From positions 1 to 55,589 of IMG/VR virus record IMGVR_UViG_3300030107_006898: a stretch of 55,589 bases of DNA; one strand, 5' to 3'. The translations under genes and the position numbers were made by a program. This stretch comes from a virus (lineage: Duplodnaviria; Caudoviricetes). Shown one piece after another: positions 1-8,531 of this stretch; position 1 is the stretch's first letter; each line of letters opens with the position of its first letter. The notes under the pieces were generated by a model. That model saw nothing but the letters and a program-made list of their open reading frames with translations, was not told where the DNA came from and ran no database searches.

Positions 1-155
1 CGAGTGGAAGTGATTATGATATTGATTTGTTAGCTGAAGGCTTTCGCCCACTGAGTGGCGATAGCGCACCTAATGGTAGCGGTAATACTATTCTATATAT
101 GGCTATGGCAGACATAGGTGGTAATGGTACGCTACCACCGATCTACGGAAGATAG
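1..155 (+). CDS. 3' end of tail fibre/receptor-binding protein (second allele of 52626..55169), partial
   Basis: Frame from nt 3 reads SGSDYDIDLLAEGFRPLSGDSAPNG...LPPIYGR*, colinear with the end of 52626..55169. Confidence 0.85.
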   Translation, partial: SGSDYDIDLLAEGFRPLSGDSAPNGSGNTILYMAMADIGGNGTLPPIYGR

Positions 156-575
156 GAGAATATTATGTGGGCAAGGATTATGGGTAATAAGTTGGTTGAG
201 GTAATTTCTCAGCCCAAATCCGTTACTGTAAATGGGGTTGTTCATCCCAAGGCAATCTTTGGCTCCTCTTGGACGGATGATGAGCGCAAAGCTATAGGCA
301 TTGTCCCTTACGTTTACGAAGGCAGCTATATAGAAAACATGTTCTATACTTCTTCTGAGGCTGCACCAGCAGTTGAAGAAAGTAGAGTTGTTGTCAAAAG
401 AACTCAATCCGCAAGAGATGTTGCAAAGATAAAGGCAACAATGAAGGAATCAGTTTCAAGGACGCTTGCTAGTTATCTTGAGCAAACTGATTGGATTGTA
501 ATCCGGGAGCAAGACAATGGCACTGCCAAGCCAGCAGACCTCGCGAAGTGGCGCACGGATTTGAGGGTGAAAGCT
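1..575 (+). repeat. Diverged terminal redundancy, copy 1
   Basis: Aligns without gaps to 55015..55589 (offset 55014) but with many substitutions. Confidence 0.9.
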
Positions 576-716
576 GCTGCACTTGAAACTGCAATCGACA
601 GTAAATCAGATGTTGCAGGGCTTGAGGCTATGACAGAATTTACAGAGGAGATGAGGGATTCTGGAAAAAAAGCCTCAGAATTTCATGATTGGCCTGAGAA
701 TCCTAGGAACTCTTGA
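165..716 (+). CDS. Tail fibre assembly/chaperone-like protein
   Basis: Follows fibre gene, GGAG RBS; L-x-x-TDW...W-R-x-x-LR motif typical of tail-fibre assembly proteins. Confidence 0.65.
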   Translation: MWARIMGNKLVEVISQPKSVTVNGVVHPKAIFGSSWTDDERKAIGIVPYVYEGSYIENMFYTSSEAAPAVEESRVVVKRTQSARDVAKIKATMKESVSRTLASYLEQTDWIVIREQDNGTAKPADLAKWRTDLRVKAAALETAIDSKSDVAGLEAMTEFTEEMRDSGKKASEFHDWPENPRNS

Positions 717-880
717 TGGCTACAGCTAAAGATGTTGAAGCAAAGCTGAACACGCATGAAGCGGTTTGTGCTGAGAGATGGAAAGAGACGATTGAGAGGA
801 TAAAAAGACTTGAGATGATACTTATAGGCTCTGCTGGAGCTTTAATAGTTTTGATGGCTGGGATGCTTTGGAAACTTTAG
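716..880 (+). CDS. Small membrane protein, XhlA-like (54 aa, not in ORF track)
   Basis: TGATG coupling; MATAKDVEAKLNTHEAVCAERW...RLE plus C-terminal TM helix; lysis region. Confidence 0.65.
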   Translation: MATAKDVEAKLNTHEAVCAERWKETIERIKRLEMILIGSAGALIVLMAGMLWKL

Positions 881-883
881 CTC

Positions 884-1219
884 ATGGATGGATCTATAGA
901 TATAAGGCTTATTGTTACGCTTGCTGGAATGCTTGTAAGTGTTGCGGGAGCAGCAGCTGTTGCCAAGATGCAGCTTAAAATAATAAATGAACAGCTTAAA
1001 GATATAGAGTCTAGGTTGCGTGTTATGGACAAAAGAGTGGATCACACAGAGCTAACTGGCCAGAGGGTTGATGTTTTGTCAAAAATGCTTTCTCCTGATG
1101 CCAGAGAAACACTGCACAGATCTCTCGCGAGCATGGAAACACGTTTGGGAAATTGTGAGGTTGAATTAAATAGATTAAGAAATATGCATAATGGTAAACA
1201 CCCAGAGGTACACAAATAA
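884..1219 (+). CDS. Membrane-anchored coiled-coil protein (lysis region)
   Basis: N-terminal TM helix, then heptad coiled coil. Confidence 0.6.
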   Translation: MDGSIDIRLIVTLAGMLVSVAGAAAVAKMQLKIINEQLKDIESRLRVMDKRVDHTELTGQRVDVLSKMLSPDARETLHRSLASMETRLGNCEVELNRLRNMHNGKHPEVHK

Positions 1220-1626
1220 TGATAAATGCACTCTTGCCAGCTGTTTTACCAGCAGTTACTGATGTCATAGGTAGATTCCTGCCAGAAGACAAACAGAAAA
1301 AAGCTGAAGCCGAGCGTCAAATAAAAGCTAGCCTGATGGAGCATCTCGCAAAAATAGATGTTGCCCAGCTCGGTATAAACAAACAAGAAGCAGCACACAG
1401 GTCTGTTTTTGTTGCTGGCTGGAGACCTTTCATTGGCTGGACTTGTGGTGTTGCCCTTGCTTATAATTACGTTTTGCAGCCAGTGCTGATATTTATCTTG
1501 GCGCAAATGGGGCATCTAATGGAGCTGCCAGCTCTTGATCTTAATGAAATCATGCCTGTTTTGATGGGGATGCTTGGTTTGGGTGGATTGAGAACATTCG
1601 AGAAATATAAAGGTGTTTCAAAATAA
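1219..1626 (+). CDS. Holin (GTA-type 3TM holin family)
   Basis: WRPFIGW motif, TM helices, GLGGLRTFEK C-terminus; directly upstream of lysozyme. Confidence 0.8.
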   Translation: MINALLPAVLPAVTDVIGRFLPEDKQKKAEAERQIKASLMEHLAKIDVAQLGINKQEAAHRSVFVAGWRPFIGWTCGVALAYNYVLQPVLIFILAQMGHLMELPALDLNEIMPVLMGMLGLGGLRTFEKYKGVSK

Positions 1627-2070
1627 ATGGATCTTCAAAAGCTGCAGAATCAATTGATTGAAGATGAAGGTTGTGTTTACGAGATATACCTTGATCACTT
1701 AGGCTTGCCAACTTTTGGAATCGGTCATCTTGTCAAAGACAATGATGAGGAAAAAGATATTCCTGTTGGATCTCCGATTTCAAAAGAAAGAGTCGATGAG
1801 TGTTTTGCCAAAGATACCCAATCAGCGATAGAAGAGTGTTCTAAACTTTTTGATGATTTTAACGAGCTGCCAGAAAAAGTGCAACTTGTCGTCGTAAACA
1901 TGATGTTCAACTTGGGATACCCTCGCCTCTCCGGTTTTAAGAAAATGATAAAAGCTATGAATGAAAAAGATTGGAATGAAGCTGCCAATCAAATGGTTGA
2001 TAGCAAGTGGTACAATCAAGTTCCAAACAGAGCAAAGCGACTTGTTGAAGAAGTTAGGAGTTGCGGTTAA
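1627..2070 (+). CDS. Endolysin, T4-type lysozyme (GH24)
   Basis: DEG...YLDHLG.PTFGIGH catalytic region; NMMFNLG; SKWYNQVPNRA. Confidence 0.9.
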   Translation: MDLQKLQNQLIEDEGCVYEIYLDHLGLPTFGIGHLVKDNDEEKDIPVGSPISKERVDECFAKDTQSAIEECSKLFDDFNELPEKVQLVVVNMMFNLGYPRLSGFKKMIKAMNEKDWNEAANQMVDSKWYNQVPNRAKRLVEEVRSCG

Positions 2071-3917
2071 TGCCTCTTCAAGCACTCAATGTAAAGCCCG
2101 GAATTGTCACTGACATTGATGAGTATACCGCTGCTCGCATAGGACCATTTTGGGTTGATGGTGACAAAATAAGGTTTGTTAATGGTCTTCCTCAAAAGAT
2201 TGGCGGTTGGGAAAAAGAAAGTACAACTCCAACAACTGCAACATCAAGCACAAATCTTTCCGCTGGGAAAGTAAGAGCTTTAACAAACTGGCGTTTAATT
2301 GATGGGACAGATGTAACAGCTCTGGGATCAGAGAAGCAGCTCCTAATACTCCTTGGTGGGCAGTATTATGATATAACACCTCTCAGAACATCGGCAACTC
2401 TCGGGGCAAATCCCATAACGACTTCTAGTGGATCTTCAACTGTAACAGTCACCCACACAAGTCATGGAGCAACGACTGGTGAGATTGTTTCTTTTAGCGG
2501 TGCAGCTGCTGTCAATGGAGTAACTTTGTCCGGAGCCTATGAGCTAACAAAAGTTGATAACAATTCATATACTGTTGTTGACTCTGCAACTGCTTCTGGA
2601 TCAGGAGCTGGTGGAGGAAGCTCTGTTGTTGCATCTTATTTGATTGGCAAAGATGAGGGAATGCTTGAATCATCATCTGCTCTTGCTCTGGGTTGGGGTA
2701 CAGGAACATGGGGAGGAAGTACTTGGGGAACAGCTCGCTCAACGTCAAATGTTACTCTTGAACTTTCCCAGTGGAGTTTTGACCTCTGGGGAGAAGATCT
2801 TATCGCGACAGTTCACAACTTTGGAACTTATGTTTGGGATGCGAGTTCTGGTGTATCAACAAGAGCAACTGTAATCAACGAAGCAGAGATTGCAAAATCA
2901 AGATTCACAACAGTATCTTTCCCGGACAGGCATCTTCTTGCAATGGGTGCAACTGATACAAGCACATCAGCCCAAGACCCTATGCTTGTCAGGTTCTCTG
3001 ACCAAGGAGATTATGCAGAGTTTACAGCATCAGCAACAAATTCTGCAGGATCACAAAGGCTTCAAGTTGGCACTAAAATAATGGCCGCTGTTCCGACTCG
3101 TGAAGCAACATTTATCGGCACTGATGAAGCAATGTATGAAATGCAATTCGTTGGTGCGCCGTTTATATTCTCCTTCCGGCTGCTCGGGACAGGTTGCGGC
3201 CCAATATCTCAAAATTCTATGGTCAACGAAAGTGGCGTTGTTTACTGGATGGGCAAAAGCAACTTTTTCGTTTACGATGGTCAGGTCAAAGAGCTTCCCT
3301 GCTCAGTTCAATATTTTGTTTTTGATGATCTAAATCAGCAGCAGCAACAGAAAATTTTCGGCTCTTTGATTAGAAAGTTCCAAGAAGTTATTTGGTTCTA
3401 CTGCTCAAATGATGCTACAGATGATGAGCCAGACAAATATGTAAGTTATAACTTTGAGTCTGGTGTCTGGACAATCGGCTCTTTGCAAAGAGGAGCTTGG
3501 CACGATCAGTTTGGTGTTCGGCTTGTTCCTTATGCCATAGACAAAGATGGCAGTTTATATAAACATGAAACTGGCACAGATGATGATGGATCTGCAATGA
3601 CATCATTCATCGAAAGTTCAGCCATAGAGTTTGATTCCCAGCAAGCCCCAGATGGAACAAACCTGTTCATGATTGACAAAGTAATACCAGCAGGATCAAT
3701 AACTGGTTCTGTTGATTTAACTTTAAAATCTAAAAAATACCCACAAGACAATTCTGAGGTTAGCAAAGGGCCGTTTACTATTTCATCAACTACAACTAAA
3801 GTAAGCACAAGAGCCAAAGGTCGACAGATGAAAGTTCGTATATCTAGCTCTGATCAGGGTGACAATTGGGAGCTTGGCACATTTAGATATAATTTAAGAC
3901 CGGATGGACAGCGATGA
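2070..3917 (+). CDS. Tail tubular/nozzle (DNA stabilisation, P22 gp10-like) protein
   Basis: ~615 aa beta-rich; VRFSDQ and VYWMG..NFFVYDGQV.ELPC motifs; TAATG-coupled start at 2070. Confidence 0.7.
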   Translation: MPLQALNVKPGIVTDIDEYTAARIGPFWVDGDKIRFVNGLPQKIGGWEKESTTPTTATSSTNLSAGKVRALTNWRLIDGTDVTALGSEKQLLILLGGQYYDITPLRTSATLGANPITTSSGSSTVTVTHTSHGATTGEIVSFSGAAAVNGVTLSGAYELTKVDNNSYTVVDSATASGSGAGGGSSVVASYLIGKDEGMLESSSALALGWGTGTWGGSTWGTARSTSNVTLELSQWSFDLWGEDLIATVHNFGTYVWDASSGVSTRATVINEAEIAKSRFTTVSFPDRHLLAMGATDTSTSAQDPMLVRFSDQGDYAEFTASATNSAGSQRLQVGTKIMAAVPTREATFIGTDEAMYEMQFVGAPFIFSFRLLGTGCGPISQNSMVNESGVVYWMGKSNFFVYDGQVKELPCSVQYFVFDDLNQQQQQKIFGSLIRKFQEVIWFYCSNDATDDEPDKYVSYNFESGVWTIGSLQRGAWHDQFGVRLVPYAIDKDGSLYKHETGTDDDGSAMTSFIESSAIEFDSQQAPDGTNLFMIDKVIPAGSITGSVDLTLKSKKYPQDNSEVSKGPFTISSTTTKVSTRAKGRQMKVRISSSDQGDNWELGTFRYNLRPDGQR

Positions 3918-4162
3918 CGATTAGACAGGGAAGATTGCCTTCTCCACCAAGTTCATATGATCAAAGATGGGCTAATCAGCTCACGCGCCAACTTGAGCAA
4001 AATATATCATCAACAAATCTTTCTGCATCATCAGAGAGATATACTGTCACCAACGTCACCACAGACCGAACCTATGATGCAGATTCCACTTCAACCGCAG
4101 AGTTGGCAGATGTTCTTGGGACGCTTCTGACTGACCTAAGAGCACGGGGGATTATAGGCTAA
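3914..4162 (+). CDS. Small virion-associated protein
   Basis: LPSPPSSYDQ N-terminus; coupled to tail tube gene. Confidence 0.55.
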   Translation: MTIRQGRLPSPPSSYDQRWANQLTRQLEQNISSTNLSASSERYTVTNVTTDRTYDADSTSTAELADVLGTLLTDLRARGIIG

Positions 4163-5478
4163 TGGCACTTGAAAACATTTCAACAACACAATCGATAACA
4201 GGAGTGCCAGCAGAAGAAACTGATGCTGGTGTAATGCCTGTTTTCCAAGTTCAATCTCAAGACCCTGGACTTGCCACTGGGGAGCTTCAAAAGCTCTATG
4301 GAACTGCGGCAATGCCAATGTTTCAATGGGCAAAAAGAATTCAGTCTGGAGAAGCTACTTTTGATCCTTCAAATCAATTTGACCGAGAGGCTGCTAATTT
4401 TATAGGCTCTGCTTCGAATCAGGAGCTGGCGGCGCAAGGAGTTGATACCTCGGTGAGAGACGCTCTTGCTCAAGCTGGCGGTTTTGCTGCTGGAGCTGTT
4501 GTTTCAAGGGCTGGATTGCAAGCTGCAGAAGCTGCCGGGCAAGCCGCCGGGCAAGCCTTCACAGGAATCGGAAGAGACTTCTCAAATGTTGCAGGCAGTG
4601 CTGATTTTGCAGGTCAACTTGGTCCGGCTGCAAAAAGTTACCTTCCAGAATTTGCTGGGGGTCCATCTTCTTTTACTAATCCTACGTTAGCAAAAGCTGC
4701 TGGCCTAGCACCCAACCAAACCCTGGTAACTACTAAAGCATTCAAAACACTTCAAGGTGCTAAATCGGATCTTATGGGTTCCGCTGTCCCCGGCAATTCT
4801 GGGTTTATGAAAGTCAACACACCTCAATTCAATGAAGCTGTACTGGCTGCAAAAGATCCATCAATTGTTGCAAGTGCCAGCGCAGCTCCTGATCCCGGTA
4901 TGTTTGAAGCTGGGGGCTTCTTTGATAAGGCAACAACAAGTTACACACCAAGCTTGGGACAGGTTGGTCTGAACTTCGGAATCAGCATGGGTGTAAATCT
5001 TTTGATGGGGCAAAGCCCGAAACAAGCTGCGAAGCAAGCTGCAATATCAACTGTAGGCACAGCCATCGGGACAGCTATTGGTGGTCCTGTTGGTGGCTTC
5101 ATTGGTGGGACAATCGCAAGCGTTGTTGGCGGCAGAGTAATCTGCAACGAGCTTGCTCGTCAAGGATTCATGGACCGCAATCAAATAATTCTTGATTACA
5201 AATTCACTCGCGAGCATCTTTCTCCTCAGCATGTCAAAGGCTATCATGCTTGGGCAGTTCATGTTGTGCGCAGACTGCGCAAGGGCAAAGGTGTAAAGCT
5301 CTGGCGTCACATTGCAACTCACAGAGTTAATGAGATTGCCTACATTTATGGCGAGCGCGATAAACCAGATTACCTCGGTAAATTCTACCGTCACTTTGGA
5401 GAAAAAGGTTGTTGGCTAGTCGGCCTTTTTTGCGAGAAATCAGACTGGTCAGCACTTTATAAAATCAAGGAGGCTTAG
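4162..5478 (+). CDS. Putative internal virion protein with glycine-zipper and C-terminal VIC(N/T)EL...GYHxWA domain
   Basis: Ala/Gly-rich, GTAIGTAIGGPVGGFIGG, RVICNELARQG; position in ejection module. Confidence 0.55.
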   Translation: MALENISTTQSITGVPAEETDAGVMPVFQVQSQDPGLATGELQKLYGTAAMPMFQWAKRIQSGEATFDPSNQFDREAANFIGSASNQELAAQGVDTSVRDALAQAGGFAAGAVVSRAGLQAAEAAGQAAGQAFTGIGRDFSNVAGSADFAGQLGPAAKSYLPEFAGGPSSFTNPTLAKAAGLAPNQTLVTTKAFKTLQGAKSDLMGSAVPGNSGFMKVNTPQFNEAVLAAKDPSIVASASAAPDPGMFEAGGFFDKATTSYTPSLGQVGLNFGISMGVNLLMGQSPKQAAKQAAISTVGTAIGTAIGGPVGGFIGGTIASVVGGRVICNELARQGFMDRNQIILDYKFTREHLSPQHVKGYHAWAVHVVRRLRKGKGVKLWRHIATHRVNEIAYIYGERDKPDYLGKFYRHFGEKGCWLVGLFCEKSDWSALYKIKEA

Positions 5479-5760
5479 ATGTCTGAAGAAATGATGATGC
5501 AACCAAGACAATCAACTCTTAATACGGAGATGGGTCCTGAAGCATCTCAAATGATGATGCAAGCAGACCCGGAAATTCAGGTTGTTTTATTGTCACGCCT
5601 TGAATCATTGACTCCGCAAGAGCTTCAAGCTCTCGACAGGGCAATTGATGGTGAAACTGCCAAAATTCTTATGAAGCTACTCCCTGAGCTTGAAGAACTT
5701 ATCAACGCTATTGGTGGTCAGCAACAGGCTCCCCAACAAGGTGCTCTGGCAGGGATGTAA
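5479..5760 (+). CDS. Hypothetical virion-module protein
   Basis: GGAGG RBS, in operon; ends QQGALAGM. Confidence 0.6.
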   Translation: MSEEMMMQPRQSTLNTEMGPEASQMMMQADPEIQVVLLSRLESLTPQELQALDRAIDGETAKILMKLLPELEELINAIGGQQQAPQQGALAGM

Positions 5761-6197
5761 TGCAAATACGCAAAGCAACAATTTTTGATTTTTCGCCTAT
5801 TTGTGGCCTCCTGCACAGGATGCACAAAGAGGTAGATTTTTGCATCTCTGAAATATCACCAGCAAAATTCTCTTCTGTTGTCCTGCATGCGATAAATCAA
5901 GGCACTGTCGTTGTTGCAATTAAGGATGGCCATTTAATAGGATCAATTGGTGGAGGGTACGCTTCTGAATGGTGGTCAGAAGAGATTATCCTCGGTGATG
6001 TTTGGTTTTATGTTGAGCCAGAAAGCCGGAGCACAAAAGCAGCCAAGGAATTAATAAAAGAGTTTATGGAACTTGGCGATGGAATGAAGATAAAATTAGG
6101 TCATATGTATGGTGCAGACCAAGAAAGAAAAAATAATTTCTATGAACGTCTTGGTTTGAGAAAAGCTGGCATACATTATTTTTCGGAGGCTAGCTAA
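5760..6197 (+). CDS. GNAT-family acetyltransferase
   Basis: IRKAT, FYVEPESR, FYERLGL motifs. Confidence 0.75.
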   Translation: MQIRKATIFDFSPICGLLHRMHKEVDFCISEISPAKFSSVVLHAINQGTVVVAIKDGHLIGSIGGGYASEWWSEEIILGDVWFYVEPESRSTKAAKELIKEFMELGDGMKIKLGHMYGADQERKNNFYERLGLRKAGIHYFSEAS

Positions 6198-7207
6198 TGG
6201 GCGGTTTGTGCACAACAAATGTTGAAGTTCTTCCAGACCCTAAAGAAGTTTTAACAGACACAGAGATTCCTGAGTGGGTATCAGAAGGTGGTCAGAAACT
6301 TTTCCAGCAAGCAGCAGAGCTTGCCGAAAGTGAATTTCCAGCTTTCGAAGGTCAAAGGATTGCGACTTTTGAAGACATTGATGACCCTGATGCGATATCA
6401 AAATTAACTGGAAGAGAGCAAAGGGGTCTTCAGCTTCTTGAGGAGCAAAGTGATGTCTATCAGCCTTATATTCAAAGAGCTGGTGAGGTCGCAGCCGACA
6501 TCGGAGCGCAGAGACTCGGAGCGAGAGATTTCAATTTCGATGCATTCGGACAAAGTGATGTCGACAGGTTCGCACCAATATTTCAGTCAGCTGTCAGTCC
6601 ATCTCTTGCAGATGTTTCAGAAACTTTCGCGAGGGAAAAAAGAGACTTAGATTTGCAAGCTGGTAAAACAGGGGCATTTGGCGATCGGTCTGGGATTGAA
6701 CAAGCAGAGCTAACTCGTGGAGAGGCAAGAGAGCGCGGTCGTCTTCTGTCAGAAGCTGGTAGGCAGGGGCTTGAATTTGCAGCTTCTCAATATGAAAGAG
6801 ACAGGCAAGCCGCTGAGAGAGCTTTCCAGCTTACCGGGGAGGAAAGAAAATCAGCTTTTGATCTTGATCAGGCAAGCAGACGGATGGAGCTTGAGGCAGT
6901 CCAGAGCCTCGCTCCGCAGGTGCAGGGGCTTGTTCAACAAGAGGCGCAGGGTCTCATAGGGGCTGGCGAGGCAGAGCGGCTCCTGGACCAACAGGCGCTG
7001 GAGATCGCATACCGAGATTACGTTGAGCAAAGAGAATATCCGTTCACATCTCTTAATTTTGCAATTGGTGCTCTGAAAGGTCTGCCATTCGAGACTCGTG
7101 AATTCACGATGCAGCGTGGCGGTGAATTTATTCAAACGCCGAGCGTATATGGCCAGACAATGGGTGGCCTTGGTGCGTTGGCATCAGCCTACAAGTTGTT
7201 GAGCTAA
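6197..7207 (+). CDS. Internal virion/DNA ejection protein
   Basis: Helical; GAFGDRSG, QQALEIAY..Y.EQR.YP; C-terminal GGLGAL; podovirus ejection module position. Confidence 0.6.
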   Translation: MGGLCTTNVEVLPDPKEVLTDTEIPEWVSEGGQKLFQQAAELAESEFPAFEGQRIATFEDIDDPDAISKLTGREQRGLQLLEEQSDVYQPYIQRAGEVAADIGAQRLGARDFNFDAFGQSDVDRFAPIFQSAVSPSLADVSETFAREKRDLDLQAGKTGAFGDRSGIEQAELTRGEARERGRLLSEAGRQGLEFAASQYERDRQAAERAFQLTGEERKSAFDLDQASRRMELEAVQSLAPQVQGLVQQEAQGLIGAGEAERLLDQQALEIAYRDYVEQREYPFTSLNFAIGALKGLPFETREFTMQRGGEFIQTPSVYGQTMGGLGALASAYKLLS

Positions 7208-7217
7208 GGAGGTTCTT

Positions 7218-8531
7218 ATGGCAACACCACCAAAAGCTCCGGCGAATAATGCTTCTTCTAATCTGTCCTTACAAGGTTATGGTGCCTCCGGAACTAATGC
7301 GAACCAACTCGGAGGAGGAGCACTTCAAAGCATTATGAGAGATCCCGGACAAGTTGCAGCTCTGGGAAGAGCACTTCAGCCGCAAAAAAGATCCATGAGC
7401 GATTATCTCACTGAAGATGATAGGTGGCTCATTGCTTTCAAATTTTTCACAGACATGGCTGCCGGGGCAAGCAAGCCCGGAGCCACAGCTCTTGGGGCCG
7501 CTGGGTCCGCTGGATCATCCGCTGTTGATTTCGCAACAGGCATTGCCAAGCAAAAAAGAGAAGAAGCCCTCGCGGCAACTCAACTTGGTGCTGGCTTAAT
7601 TGGAAAACTTTCTAAGCCAAAAACAGGGGTGCCGAAAGCTGTTGATATGGGGCCAGTTACAAATGATGATGGCACTCCAAAAATTGATGCAACAACTGGC
7701 AAACAACTTCATAAATTTAATGTTTTTGATGCTGATGGGTCAGTTCGATCTACTTATGAAGCAGTGCGGAAAGGTGGTCAGACCATAAATGTTGGCGGTG
7801 ACGCTGCTGCATTCGGGAAAGTTTTTTCGAAAAAAGAGGCAGAGAGATTTAGCGAGCAGTTAGCAGCCTCTAGTCAATCTTCAGATACAATTCAAACTTT
7901 ACAAACCCTCTCTGGAATTTTAGACAATCCGGATTTTGATACAGGAATAAAAGAAGAGATGCTCCTCCCTCTGAAACAGCTTTCTGTTTCTTTCGGTGTT
8001 GGGAGCATTGACGAGATCAATCAAGTTGCAAATGCAGAAGCATTCCAAGCTATGGCTCAAAAACTTGTCCTTGAGTCTGTCTCTAAGATGAAAGGTGCTC
8101 TTTCTGACAAAGAACTTGGATTTTTACAATCGCAAAATGTTACTTTGGGCAAATCAAAAGCTGGTAATAAACTTCTATTGCTTTTGAGTATGCATCAGCT
8201 TGAAAAGGCAAAAGAGTTTGCCCCATTCAGATTGAAATGGGAGAATGACAATGGACCTATTCAAAAAGCAAGCGATTATGCAAAGCTCGTTAATGATTAT
8301 AGAGATCAGCCATTTATGAAAGAGAATCCTCTTCAGTATGTTGAAAGGCGTGCAGCAGAGGATCTTCGAATTGCTCTCAGCAATGCAGGAGCGGATTTTG
8401 ATCCTGAAGGAAAAGTGGTTGATGGGAGCATTGATGCTGACACAAAGAAAAAAATTGGCGTTCAAGTAAGCGAAAAATACAACCTCCCCCTTGTTAAGAA
8501 AATATTTAAAAATTCAGGATTTAGACGATGA
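7218..8531 (+). CDS. Internal virion/DNA ejection protein
   Basis: GGAGG RBS; KGALSDKE motif; position. Confidence 0.55.
   Translation: MATPPKAPANNASSNLSLQGYGASGTNANQLGGGALQSIMRDPGQVAALGRALQPQKRSMSDYLTEDDRWLIAFKFFTDMAAGASKPGATALGAAGSAGSSAVDFATGIAKQKREEALAATQLGAGLIGKLSKPKTGVPKAVDMGPVTNDDGTPKIDATTGKQLHKFNVFDADGSVRSTYEAVRKGGQTINVGGDAAAFGKVFSKKEAERFSEQLAASSQSSDTIQTLQTLSGILDNPDFDTGIKEEMLLPLKQLSVSFGVGSIDEINQVANAEAFQAMAQKLVLESVSKMKGALSDKELGFLQSQNVTLGKSKAGNKLLLLLSMHQLEKAKEFAPFRLKWENDNGPIQKASDYAKLVNDYRDQPFMKENPLQYVERRAAEDLRIALSNAGADFDPEGKVVDGSIDADTKKKIGVQVSEKYNLPLVKKIFKNSGFRR

Noticed and set aside
1-575. Diversity-generating retroelement TR/VR pair at the fibre C-terminus
   Set aside because: Differences are not adenine-specific (C/T, G/C, T/A changes, many synonymous), they extend into the next gene, and no reverse transcriptase is present.
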